Source of the DNA: Scyliorhinus canicula
Lineage: Eukaryota
DNA length: 64,000 nt
Assembly: GCF_902713615.1 (NCBI RefSeq)
Contig: NC_052148.1
Coordinates: forward strand, 104,587,098 to 104,651,097
Direction of reading: 5' to 3'
A model generated the notes under the pieces. The model saw nothing but the letters and a program-made list of their open reading frames with translations, was not told the origin of the DNA and did not search any database. This document shows, piece by piece, positions 24,923 through 37,445 of this stretch (positions are counted from its first letter, which is position 1; every line of letters begins with the position of its first letter). The translations under genes and the position numbers were made by a program.

Positions 24923-26565
24923 GAATACAGTGGTTGTCTTGGAGCTTCTCTTCAAGATGTTCTCATGGGAGGCTGGTGGAGGGGGGGGGGGGGAAGCCAC
25001 CCCAAATGGGTCAGCACCGTTGGATGGAGATCCTGCGGGAGAATGTGGGCAGTGGGAGGGATGGGTCAGTCTGTGTGGCATTAACAACTTATGTGTGTTA
25101 GGTCATCTGGATGGGGGCGGGTGTATCCTCACCTCTGCTATACGCCAACCTCTACGTTGGTGACCGATCTGTCCTCAGCCGCACCCGCGACCTCCACGGC
25201 CCGTTTCTCGCAGGGGCTGAGGACTCTGATGTCTGGGCCCTCTCCCGCTTGTTGTTGGCCAATCTCTCCTGCGGGGACACAGAGGGACCATTGTGAGCCA
25301 CATGCTTCATTCATTGTGGGGGGAGGGGGAAACAGGAGTAGGGATGCGGGGGAATGGGGAGTACGGGGAATGTGAGGGTCTGGGGGAGGGAATGGGGATG
25401 TGGGGAGGGGTGGGGGTGATACGGCGGGCAGCCTGGGCGATATTGTTGGACATGGGTGAGCTGGGGCACGGTACGGTGTTGGGCGGGGCAAGTGCCAGGC
25501 GCCAACTCACCTGTGCGGGCAGGTGGGGGTCATTGGTCTCCTTACGGCACTGGGTGCCGGTCCTCCTGGTGATATTCCCCGAGTTGACGGCCACTACCAC
25601 TTCCTCCCAGGTGGCACCGGCTAATCTGTGTCTGACCCTCCGAGCCCCTCGGGGGAACAAGGCATCCCGTCTGGACTCAGCCACGTCCAGCAATCTGGCC
25701 AGGTCGGCATTCCCCGTGGGGCTGGTCTCTCAGTGGCATGGCTGTGGGCTGTGTGGGGTTTGCTCTCTGGTATTGGGTTAAGTGCTGCTCCCCCTTGTTG
25801 GCGGGAAGCTGGGGTGGGCACGGACCTAGCGAATGAGCCGGCGGGACCATCGTTTGCGGCATGAAGCCTGTGGGGCCTTGTTAAGCAGACCAATTAATGT
25901 TTGATACCAGTGACGGCCTCACTGGACCGAGCGTCGACAAGCACGCGGCAGTTCCTGCTCGCTACTACACTTTGAAACTTTTCCATTAAATCGCACCCGA
26001 TGATTCTATCTACTCTCATGCTGGATTAGTTATCAGCTTTCCCTGCAGAAAATCCCTCTAGATTGTAACTGATTATTTTGAGTGCCACCTTGGACTGAGA
26101 CCCTGAAGAAAACCATTCATGCTGAAATCGCGATGGTACAAAAAATAGTGTAACACACAACAGATAATTGTTGCACATAATTGACCCAGGATAGGTGGAA
26201 TATAACTATTGATTCTGCTGGCCCTATTATAAGTAACTTCCAGGAATAGTACATTACAAACCCGTTCTGAACTAATAGATAGATTTAAAAAGAAACAATA
26301 ACCAACTATTAACCAACCTGACCTGTAATTAATTAATTAAATTGGCATAATTGGCAGTTTCATGCTGATCCTTCAAAGCTGCTGCAGGAGAGGGCTTCAC
26401 CACCAATTAATTAAATCAAAACATTCAGTTAGTGCCGCTAGAAATGAATGCTTTTAATTTCCATGGGGGCTTATCTTGAGTTAATATTTATATGTATCAT
26501 TTAGATAGTTGAATGTGCCTGACTCAACCTGACCTGACCTGAAATTAATGAACACCACCTTCCTA

Positions 26566-26859
26566 TGGGCGGCATGGTAGCACGGTGGTTAGAACTGTTG
26601 CTTCGCAGTGTCAGGGTCCCAGGTTCATTTCCTGGCTTTGGGTCACTCTCTGTGCGGAGTCTGCATGTTCTTCTTGTATTTGCGTGGGTTTCCTCCAGGT
26701 GCTCCGGTTTCCTTACACATAGTCCTGAAAGAATTGCTTGTTTTCTTCCTCAGTGTACCCGAATAAGCGTCTGAGAGTGGCGACCACGGGATTTTCACAG
26801 TAACTTCATTGCAGTGTTAATGTAAGCCTACTTGTGACAATAATAAAGATTATTATTAT
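26566..26859 (+). mobile_element. V-SINE with L2-type tail
   Basis: GGGCGGCATGGTAGCACGG head, V-domain, tail TTTTCACAGTAACTTCATTGCAGTG...GCCTACTTGTGACAATAATAAAG(ATT)n. Confidence 0.85.
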
Positions 26860-27556
26860 CTGCACAAAAATTGACCCACAACTACAGAATTTAATACATG
26901 TTTACATTTACATGCAAAATATCCGATACAATTAAATAGACACTTCCAATAAAAATATTTACTCACGTCAGATTATATGAATATAGATCACAAATTTTAT
27001 ATGTGCTTGACTATTTCACATATAAAATCTTCCAATACACAATTTCGTATAATATTGTAGTTACAATAGTTTCGCAATCATTTAATTTATTTTACATTCT
27101 TTATTTCGAAACAATGCTATATTTTTATTCCCAGTGACATTGTAATGTATCACAATAATGTCTTCTGCATTACACAATATAACATTTTCCTTAGCAATAA
27201 AATTGCATTTATAATAATACCTTTCACATCCCGAATATTCCAAAGCATTTTACAGACCATTAATTACTTTTGAAATTGTTTTAGAAGCATGAAATTGACA
27301 CCAATTTAAGAAAAGGAAGGTCCTCAAACAACAATGTAATGAGCAATGAGTTCATTTATTTTTGATGATGGCTTTCCTAATAAAACAATGTGGATTTCTA
27401 TGAACTCTGCTGTTAAAGATACACCGTATTTTAAAAGCATTGCAATTGGACGTATTCCTACACTTACTTTCCATAAAGTCACACTTTCCCACCATATTTT
27501 GCAAAACACAAGAGACATGGTGCAGATCATTTGGGTGGAATTTTACCAGGTGGTTG

Positions 27557-27883
27557 TGTAGCCACCTGGGATGGCCACGTCCCGATCCCAAAATGGATGC
27601 CCGCAAAGAATGCAGGGAAAATTGGCCAGCTATAGGGAACACAAGCAGGTGCAAGGTTTCCTGTGTATTAAGATTTGCAGAACCCAGACAGAACTGAAAC
27701 CAATAGCCATTTACATACTAATGAGCAATCTCCAGAAACAATCAGAAACATTGAAACAATCGGGACCAAGACAACTCCCCGGCGCCAGTGAGAGATAGGA
27801 CAAAGACAGGTCAACAAACACCTAGGGCCCGCCCAACGATCAGGGAACAACTCCATTGGAGAAAATCGATGAGAACGATTGAG
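27557..27883 (+). mobile_element. 5' (U3) part of an LTR from the same family as the 14518-19381 solo LTR; followed by a Harbinger-type end (27884-27969)
   Basis: TGTAGCCACCTGGGATGGCCACGTCCCGAT...CAAAGAATGCAGGGAAAAT aligns with the reverse complement of 19200-19381. Confidence 0.8.
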
Positions 27884-30012
27884 GCGTAAATCTCACAAGA
27901 GGCATCTTGCGAGATTTACTGGCCTCATCGCATCCTGAGCCGGGCCTATGAGGCCGATGGATCGCGCCCTGGTCTTTCGAAACAGCATACAGGTTGCACA
28001 TGGTGTCAGCAATGTGACATGACCAGGAAAGTGCACAGTAGGAAGTAATTGAGCGATCAATCATCGTGACTGCAGTAGTGTAAAGGTAGAAACTGGCTTT
28101 TAAAGTGTAAGGCTAGTGCTGATGGGGACAGCTCCTTGAAACAAGTACTTAGGATAATTTGCAGCAAGAAAAACTTGGTGTCACTCCATTGAGACATATT
28201 AGAGAGCTTTATGGCTGTATTGGCCAGTTGGTCTTTGTCCTACCAAAAGGACATACACAGTAATCTATGTGAAGTCTCAACAACACCCTGCCAATTTTAA
28301 AAAAGACTTCCATGGGCCGCGGGGGGGGGGGGGGGGGGGGGGGCATGAGACGTGAACATGGAAGTAGCTGCATTTTCCCGAGCTCTGACTCAACTTGTCT
28401 TTTAATCCTTTGTTTTATCTGAATGTACATCCCATGATTACTTTTGGGAAAAATGTCACTGGAAGATTCTGACTAGCTTTTAGTGATGATGAACCGAGTT
28501 TAAATCAAAAAATCCCCATTTGGTTGAGGCAGTCGGAGGTGGCTGGGGTGGGGCCCAGCTTTCAGTGGCAGGTTTGCTGGTGAGCGGCCTGGTGAGCGGC
28601 CTAGTGAGTGGCCAGCGCCTCTGGGGTCCTGTCAGTATCGGAATGATGGCTGCCATTGTGAATGATGTTCTGGATGGTAATCTCAGATTCGTGGTCAGGA
28701 TTTTGGTGCTCAATTTGAGAGCTGCAAAATATCCTTGAGAGAATAGTGGAAGCGCAGGCAGGATCCTACTTTATGACCGTGTAATTTCCCTGGTGGGGGC
28801 TCGCCTTCAGACCTTGGAAATCCTGCTGCATGGTATGTCGTCTATGCTGACCGACACGGGGACTAGGGATTGGACAACGGAGTGCTCATAAATTCAGTCA
28901 CTCGTGAGGAGTGGAGGTGCGGGGGACTGGGTGGAGGGAGGGGGGGGGGGGGGGGGAGTTCCTGACCTACCTATTTTTAAATATATATTTTTTTATTAAA
29001 GATTTTCCATGTACAATAAATTTTATAACCAAGTCCACATTACCTATAGCAGATGTTACATTAAACCAACATAACAAAAACCCAACAAACCATACACACT
29101 TCCTCGACAAAGAGAAAGAAAGCCCCAACACCCACCCTCTCTCGCCCCTGCAACCTAACACCCATTCCCCAGCAACTAGCGGTGACTAATTCCTTAAAGT
29201 AGACAATGAATGGCTGCCAACTCTGGTAGAACCCTTCAACTGATGTGGACTTCACTTCACTCTCACTCCATACCTCACCATTCACTATGGGCCTCAACTC
29301 CCTCTCCCACTTCGTCTTCACCTCATCCACTGGGTCCGAACCCTCTGACAGAATCTGTGCATAAATGCTCGATGTGCTGCCCTCCTCCTCTTTTCCATCA
29401 GGGATGTCGGTGGTGCCATGGGAAATGCCAGGAAGGCTTCTTGTACTAAATTCCTTATCCGTAGGTACATGAACAAATTCGACCCCGAAAGTCCAAACTT
29501 GGTTGACAATTACTCCAAGCTGGCAAAACGTCCCTCCACAAACAAATCCCTAACTCTCTCAAGCCCTTTCCCTCCCCACATCCCAAACGTGGTATCTAAT
29601 CTTGACGGCTCAAATACATGATTGGCGCAAATAGGGGCCATTCTTGACACGGATCCAAGCTTAAAGGGCTACCTGAATTGTCTCCATATCCTTAAAGTTG
29701 AGAAGTACCTTGCCAGAGAAAACAGAATTGAACCGTCACCAATGCACCACAACTAGATCCCCGACACGACCTCACCTCCATCTGTCCCCATATGGAACCT
29801 AGGTCACTGTACCATCCCAGCATCTTCTCAGCATTGGCTGCCCAGTAATAAAAAAGCAAGCTCAGCAATGCTAGGCCCCTCGACTGTCTATCCCTTTGAA
29901 GAGCTGCTCTGTGAAGCCTTGGGGTCCCACCCACCCGTATAAAGGATGGGATCAACCTACTGATCCTCACAAAAAAAGATTTAGGGAGAAAAACAGGAAG
30001 ACATTGAATATA

Positions 30013-30217
30013 TTTTAAAAATAAATTTAGAGTACCCAATTATTTTTTCTCCAATTAAGCAGCAATTTAGCGTGGCCAATCCACCTTCCCTGCACATCTT
30101 TGAGTTGTAGGGGTGAAATCCACACAGACATGGGGAGAATCTGCAAACTCCACACGGACAGTGACCCAGGGCCTGGATTTGAACCCGGGTTCTCAGCGCT
30201 GCAGTCCCAGCGGCGCA
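30013..30217 (-). mobile_element. V-SINE, short-tail variant, inserted in L1
   Basis: Reverse complement shows the B-box, V-domain and TTAATTGGAGAAAAAATAATTGGGTACTCTAAATTT tail. Confidence 0.85.
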
Positions 30218-30521
30218 TGTCGCCCACCTTGGGAGAACATTAATTTTAATAGACTTGAGTCTACTTGCCAAGGACAGGGGAAGGTTATCCGACAGGAAAA
30301 GGTTATCCCATTGGATTTAACTTTACTCACCAGACTTGCTAATTCAATTTATGGAGCCCAGCCCAATCATGGGCCACCCAGATGACCAGAACACCCAAAG
30401 CTCGAGCTTGCCAGGCGTCAAGACAGCCCCCTAAGTTGGCTCCCATTCCCAGGGAATTAACTGGAAAATACTCACTCTATTCCCGATTCAACTTGTATCC
30501 CCAAAAAAAGCCAAGCTCCTC

Positions 30522-30762
30522 ACAGTTTTGTGAAGGGGAGGTCGTGTCTCACCAAATTGATAGAGTTTTTCGAGGAGGTCACAAAGATGATTGATGCAAG
30601 TAGGGCAGTGGATGTTGTCTATATGGACTTCAGTAAGGCCTTTGACAAGCTCCCTCATGGCAGGCTGGTACCAAAGGTGAAGTCACACGGGATCAGAGGT
30701 GAGCTGGCAAGATGGACACAGACTGTCTAGGTCATAGAAGGCAGAGAGTAGCAATGGAAGGG
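30522..30762 (+). mobile_element. Internal CR1 RT fragment
   Basis: KGRSCLTKLIEFFEEVTKMIDASRAVDVVYMDFSKAFDKLPHGRL. Confidence 0.88.
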
Positions 30763-30876
30763 AAAAAACACCGCTACCCACCCCAGCTGACAAAAGTAAA
30801 ACCAAAGTTCAACACCCCTACAAAGATCAAAATTCTACCAGGAGACATATATTTCCAAGAATACTACCTTAAACAA

Positions 30877-33800
30877 TGTTATATTCCTTGCCTTTTCCTC
30901 CAAGCTAGCCAGATATGTAGTGTTGACAAAGAATATAAAAATAAGAAGTTTAAATCAAAAGCTTTTTCCCAGAGTGGGGGACTCAATTACTAGGGGTCAC
31001 GAGTTCAAGGTGAGAGGTGAAAAGTTTAAGGGAGATATGCACGGAAAGTTCTTTACGCAGTGCGTGGTGGGTTCCTGGAACGCATTGCCGGCGGAGGTCG
31101 TAGAGGCGGGCACGATAGCGTCATTTAAGATGTATCTAGACAGGTACATGAATGGGCAGGGAGCAGAGGAATACAGATCTTTAGAAAATAGGCGACCGTT
31201 TTAGATAGAGGATCTGGATTGGCACATGCTTGGAGGGTCAAAGGACCTGTTCCTGTGCTGTAATTTTTCTTTGTTCTTTGTTCTTAAAACAAATGCATTT
31301 TACAGTACTAAACTTGATTAGGTTTGCACACTTTACTAAGTAACATATAATAAACTAATGATACTGAATCTCCAGTCCTTTAATCAATATTCTCTCTAAC
31401 TATTAAACTACACTATGACTTGACCTCGTGCTATATCTCTACAATGAAATCTCACTCTGCTCACACCAGCCTCTCATCATCTTCTCCCAGAATTCCTAGA
31501 GATGCTGCCTTATGTACAATAACTTAGTAATGCCATCTAGTGTTGAATTACACATAGTTCCTGATGCTAACTCTTTACTACACTTGTACTATACATATCA
31601 TTACATCCCCTTTTTTTTAGACATTTCTTTTCTACAAGGTTAAAGAAAAAAATGTACAACATTAGTACAGGAACAGTGATATGTATATTCAGTTAACAAG
31701 TGAGTAAGAAAAAAAAATTCAAACAGTTCATTAGTGTTTCTTCACAAATTAAGTCTGTCTTGTTTCTTTCTTATTCTGGATGATCTTCTCAATCCAGTAA
31801 GTCGAGTGGTAGAATTCTTGAACGTCTTTTAGAAGTTATCTGGTATCTTGGAAGATGTTATTGTAGTACAAAATAAACTTTCGCTGAATTGAAGGTCAGG
31901 AAATAGCGTACTGGAAGATTGAACTTTCAGAAGTGCTCTACAATTTCTTCTAACAATCGAACTGTCATTCGTCTGAATGATGTATGAATGAGATGCTGCT
32001 TGATGTATGACCTTAACTAGATCAGACTATCCTCCAGCGGGAATACAAATCCTCACTTGATCACCTGGATTCAGTGGTTCCAGTGGTGTCGCATGTTGAT
32101 TGTGCTATTTCTCCTGAATGTTTTGTTGACATAGCATCTTTTTGAAGACTGGCTGAAGATCTGGATCAGCAAATGTTATGCATGGAAGAGTTGTACGTAA
32201 TGTTCTGTTCATCAATAGTTGAGCAGGAGATAAACCAGTTGCTAGGGGAGTAGCCCTGTAATTTAGTAAAGCTAGGTACATGTCAGAATCAGAATCAAGA
32301 GCTTTTTTGAAAAGTTGTTTCACAATGTGAACTCCTTTTTCTACCTTGCCATTGGATTGCAGATAGAGAGTACTGGAAGTTATGTGAGCAAAATTGTATG
32401 CTTTAGCAAATTCTGTCCACTCACAGCTATCAAAACAAGATCCATTTTCTGTCATGACTTTGCAAAGTATCCCATGTTGAGCAAAAATCTCTTTTGTTGC
32501 CTTGATCATGGATCATAAGTCAGACAATTTGGTTACTTCGGTATAGTTTGAGAAATAATCAATGATTAGAATACAATCACAAACATGAAAGTGGAATAGA
32601 TCGATTCCAATCTTTTACCCTGGAGTCTTTTCAAGATCATTAGGTAGAAGGCTTTCTTTACTTTGATTTGATTGATTGCGTTGACATGTTTCACAGTCAA
32701 GAATCAGGTTTGTTATGTCCTTGTTGCTGCCTGGCCAATATACTGCCTGTCTCGCTCTTTGTTTGCATTTCCCTATGCCTCGATGAATTTCATGTATTTG
32801 CTGTAGTATCATGGGTCTTAGTGTCATAGGAATAACTATATGATCGAGACGGAGTAGAAAACCATCTGCAACAGTGAGTTCAGATTGATTGTTTCTGAAT
32901 TTAGAACAGTGTCCTTTGGGCTAACCATTGTTCAAATGGTCAATGATGCGTTGCAACATTTCCTCTTTGTATGTCTTATCTTTGATGAGTTTGAGTTTAT
33001 CATCCAAAGCAGGAAGAGTTTCAGCTCGAAGCTGCACTTGAGCTTCAATCTGTCGATGAACTCTGGTAGTTTTTCTCTATGTTGGTAGAATGAGATAATG
33101 CATCAGCAATTATCAAATTTTTGCCTGGAGTGTAGACAAGTTGAAAATCGTATCATCTTAACTTCATGAGAATACGCTGTAATCTAGGAGTCATGTCATT
33201 CAAATCTTTGTGAATGATGCAAACTAGTGGCCGGTGAGCAGTTTCGACCGTGAACATTGGTAGTCCATCGACGTAATCATGAAATATGAGATTTCCAGTA
33301 AGTAAGCGTAAACATTCTTTTTCTATCTGAGGATACCTCTGCTCAATGGAAGTAATTGATCACGATGCATAAGCAACAGTTGTCCACATAGAATCATCAT
33401 CTGTTTGAAGAGGGACTGCTCCAATTCCACTTTGACTTGCATCCATGGCAATCTTTGTTTCTCTTTTAGGGTCAAAGAAGGAAAGATCAGGTATGGTAGT
33501 CAATGCTGACTTGAGGGCCAACCATTCTGTGTGGTGCTCATCAGTCCATGAAAACGTTGTGGTTTACTTGATAAGGTGACGCAAAGCTGTAGTTTTTGAA
33601 GGTAGGTTTGGTATGAACTTTCTGAGGAAATTTACAATGCCTAGGAATCTCAACGCTGCTTTCTTGTCCTCTGGGACTGTCATCTTCTGAATGGCAGAAA
33701 TCTTGTCATCGTCTGGTTGCACACCATGTTCTGAGATTTGTTCACCCAGGAATTTTAATGTTGAGATACCAAAGTTGAATTTGGCTCTATTTAGCTTTAA

Positions 33801-36381
33801 GCCAAATTTATGTATCCTCTGGAAGACTTGCAGCCTTGCATTATGCTCTTCACGTGTGGATGATCATACGATAATGTCATCAATGTAAACTCATACTCCA
33901 TCGATGCCTCCAGTCATTTGTTCCATTGCACGATGAAATATCTCCGATGCTGAGGTTATGCTAAATGGCATTCTGTTGAAACAGTATTGATCAAATGTTG
34001 TGTAGAACGTACACAGTTTCTTGCTTGTTTCATCCAGCTACATTTGCCAAAATCCTCTGGAGGCATCCAGTTGAGAGAAAATGTTTGCATTTGCCATTCA
34101 CTGGTGATCTCTTCACACTTGGGTATTGGGTAATGGTCAGGCTTTATATTCTTGTTTGGATCTTTCAGACCTATACAGAGTCTCAGTTCTCCAGTTGGTT
34201 TCTTGACGCACACCATCGAACTGACCCAATCAGTCGGTGCTGTAATCTTGGAGATGATTCCAAGCTTCTGCATGCATGCAAATTCTCGCTTTAATTGTTC
34301 ATGTAGCGGAGCAAAAACTTTTCTAGGAGGGTGTACCACTGGTTTGGCATTTTGTTTCAATTGTATCTTGTATTGAAATGGAAGAGTACCCATACCTTCA
34401 AAGACGTGAGGAAATTGATTAAGAATTCCCTGAAGATCTTCCTGTACAGGTGGAAGAGGTTTGCTGGTTCTATAGATTTGTTGACTAGGTGAAGATCCTG
34501 ACAGGCTTGTGCACCTAGTAGCGAAGATCGATTGGATTCAACAATCTGGAACCGTAAGGCTATCACGGTGCTGTGATTTGCCACTACAAGATAGCAAGAT
34601 CCCAATGAGGTAATTGCGTTGCCATTATAATTAGCAATTGGCAATCTGTTTTCTGTATTTTAGGACTTTGACTAAGTTGCGAAAGGTCATGAGTGTTTAT
34701 CAAGTTTGCGGAAGCTCCTGTGTCCAACTTGAAGATGATTTCGGAAACCATTTACTTGAAGCGGTGTGTACCAATTGGATTCCGTGTTAATAGATTGTAC
34801 TATTTGAGGATTAGAAGTATCATTGTCAGTAGCATCTAACTTCTCAATAAGTCTTACGAAGAAGGAATCTTCTAAGCTATAAACATCAAGATAATTATCA
34901 GTGTTACAATTTTAAGGTATCTGCAGTTGTGTCAACACTTCTTATATTCATGTGTGTCTTCTGTAGATTGGAAGATTTAAATTGTGTTGCTTTCAGTGAA
35001 GTTCTGCATTGCACAGGAAAATGATTGAGTTTGCAACATTTTGAGCAAGTTTTTCCAAGTGGTGGACAATTTTTATGTGGGTGGGTGTATCCACCGCGTC
35101 CACGCGTCATGACTTTAATTTTGTCATACGCAAATTGCCTTCGCGCCTGCGCAGAGCGGTCTTCTTCCATCTCGAATCGTTTGGTGAAGTGCGCATGTGC
35201 GAGTCGGGAATGCGTGTGCGCAATATGGCTGCTGCCGAAACGCGCATTTTTCTGAACTGCGCTACAACTCCAACGCCGTCGGTTTCGAGGCTTATTTCTG
35301 CGCCCTTTTCTTTTTTCAGAGTCTCAGAGTACTGACTTTTAGACAATTCATTCACTAAACACATTTCAATAACTTCAGATCTTTTTGCCTTAACAAACGT
35401 TCTCTGAGCTTTTCATCTATGATCCCAAAAACGATTTGGTCTCTGATCATAGAGTCTGATAATATAGAGAAGTTACAGGTTTGAGATTTGAGTTTTAAAT
35501 CTATTATGAAGCAATCAATAGATTCCCCATCTTTTTGAATCCCTTTCTTAAAGATACATCTTTCATATGTTTCATTTATTTGAGTCCTGTAGTGCAGATC
35601 AAATTTTTCCGTGACAACATTATATTTAGTTTTATCTTCTCCCATTGAGAATTGAAAGGAGTTATACAGTTCAATAGCCTGTGGTCCAGCCATTGTTAAG
35701 AATAATGCTAGTTTTTTAATTATCACTGGCATTGTCTAAGTCAGATGCAGAAAGGTACAGCTGAAATTGCTGCTTAAATACTTTCCAGTTTACATAGTTT
35801 ACCAAATATTCTGAGCTGTCGTAGAGATTACACTTTGTCCATGAGTTCAGGATTTTTCTGTATTTTGAAGTAGCAGGTCTGGAAGCAGTCTGGTCTTCGA
35901 AGTCTGAGTCGTATGCTAGTTTTTCTTCTTGCTAGAGTCCAAAGAATCTATCTGAATTACTTTAGCAATATCCTGTTACCATGTTATATTCCTTGCCTTT
36001 CTCTCCAAGAAAGCCAGATATGTACTGTTGACAAAGAATATAAAAATAAGAAGTTTAAATCAAAACAAATTTATTTAACATTACTAAACTTGATTAAGTG
36101 CGCACACTTTACTAAGTAACAGATAATAAATTAATGATACTGAATCTGTAGTACAGTAATCAATATTCGCTCTAACTATTAAACTTCACTATAACTTGTC
36201 CTCGTGCTATATCTCTATAATGAAATCTCACTCTGCTCTCATCAGCTTCTCATCATCTTTTCCCAGAATTCCTGGACATGCTGCCTTATATGCGATAACT
36301 TAGTAATGCCATCTAGTGTTGAATTACACATAGTTTCTGATGTTAACCCTTTACTCCACTTGTACTATACATATCAGTACA
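30877..36381 (-). mobile_element. Complete but decayed Ty3/Gypsy LTR retrotransposon
   Basis: 400-bp LTRs (5' LTR 35982-36381; 3' LTR 30877-31605 less a CR1 insert), TG..CA ends, 5-bp TSD AACAA, PBS TGGTAACAGGA, PPT AAAAAAAAGGGGA; gag (IRDQIVFGI), PR FKLDTGASANL, RT VYIDDII, RNase H, INT (YLQSNGKVEKGV). Confidence 0.95.
30961..31285 (+). mobile_element. CR1 3' fragment inserted in the Gypsy 3' LTR
   Basis: LFPRVGDSITRGHEFKVRGEKFKGD, closely similar to 18450-18769; AAAA TSD; removing it restores an LTR colinear with 35982-36381. Confidence 0.92.
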
Positions 36382-36760
36382 AACAATACCCCACAAAACA
36401 GTTAAACACCCTTGCCCACCATACAACTTCTGCAAAACACCCCCATCCCATCCCAAGAACAAAGAAGTAACAACAAATATACACAAAGTACAAAGAAAAA
36501 CAAATCCCTTCCCCTCAACAACCATAAAAGTCCATGTGGAGCCCATTTAACTTGATCCCAGTCCACGCTTTGTAACAAAGGCCTCAGCCTCCTCCGAAGT
36601 GTTGAAGAAGTAGTTCTTTGACTCAAAGGTAACCCGCAACCTCGCCGGGTACATTACTCCAAACCGCACTCCACTCTTGTACAATACTGTTTTAGTCTTG
36701 TTGAGGGCCACCCGCCTTGTCGCAAGCTCCACTCCAACATCTTGATAGCTTCTAACAAGG

Positions 36761-36986
36761 AGGGTGGCATTGTGGCACAGTGGTTATCCTTGCTGCCTCA
36801 TGCCGCTGAGGACCCAGGTTCGATCTCGGCCCCGGGTCACTGTCCGTGTGGAGTTTGCACATTCTCCCTGTATGTGCCTGGGTCTCACCCCCACAATTTA
36901 AAGGTGTGCAGGGTAAATGGATTGACCATGTTAAATTGCCCCTTAATTGGAAACAAAAGAATTGGGCATTTAAATTTTTTTTTAAA
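36761..36986 (+). mobile_element. V-SINE, short-tail variant
   Basis: Head, V-domain and tail; TSD ttctaac(a/g)agg. Confidence 0.85.
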
Positions 36987-37159
36987 TTCTAACGAGGCTC
37001 CCTTCCCACCTCCATTCACGGTTCTCCTTGGCCCACTTCAAGACTCGCTCCTTCTCCTGGAAACTATAGAATCTGACGATAACTGCTCGTGGTGGCTCAT
37101 TCACCCAAAGTTTCTGCTGGAGCATTTGATGGGCCAATCTATCCTCCCTCATCACCTTA

Positions 37160-37445
37160 CTGATTACAGCACCAGAGACGTGGGTTCAACTGTGTGAAGT
37201 TTGCACAATCTCCCGTGTCTGCATGGATTTCCTCCGGTTGCTCCAATTTCTTCCTACAGTCACAAAGTGTGCAGGTTAGGTGGATTGGCCATTATCAATG
37301 TGCGGGGTTACCAGAATGGGGGTGGGGGGGTGGGGGGGTGGGGGGTGGGAAGTGGGTCTAGGTAGGGTGATCTTTTGTCGGGTTGGTGCAGTCTCAATGG
37401 GCCAAATGGCATTCTTCAGCACTGTAGGAATTCTACAGATTCAAA
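37160..37445 (+). mobile_element. Older HE1/V-SINE
   Basis: Diverged V-domain and CR1-type tail. Confidence 0.75.

Larger units (their letters stand above)
20800..25739 (-). pseudogene. Harbinger Myb/SANT-like (NAIF1/MSANTD-type) gene: exon 1 25739-25511, exon 2 25268-25133, further exon remnants 20800-21430
   Basis: DLARLLDVAESRRDALFP...WEEVVVAVNSGNITRRTGTQCRKETND; CAG|gtgag donor at 25510; ccgcag acceptor then ERLANNKRERAQT...DIRVLSPCEKRAVE; G|gtgag donor at 25132. Confidence 0.8.
13838..25998. mobile_element. PIF/Harbinger DNA transposon (transposase + Myb/SANT gene, convergent), decayed, with nested insertions
   Basis: Imperfect TIRs GGGAGTGATTTTA (13838) and TAAATCGCACCC (25987-25998); degenerate 3-bp TSD cat/gat within a SINE tail; both Harbinger genes present. 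Confidence 0.8.
28975..36742 (-). mobile_element. Decayed L1-clade LINE in pieces (3' end 28975-30520, spacer 30763-30876, ORF1 C-terminus 36387-36742), host of the Gypsy provirus
   Basis: Minus AATAAA and A-tail near 28990; QCLPVFLPKSFF...LLFYYWAAN; ORF1 VRFGVMYPARLRVTFESKNYFFNTSEEAEAF. Confidence 0.8.

Noticed and set aside
28578-28616. Three ~12-bp direct repeats (GGTGAGCGGCCT) as a CRISPR-like array
   Set aside because: No spacers, eukaryotic context; a simple tandem duplication.
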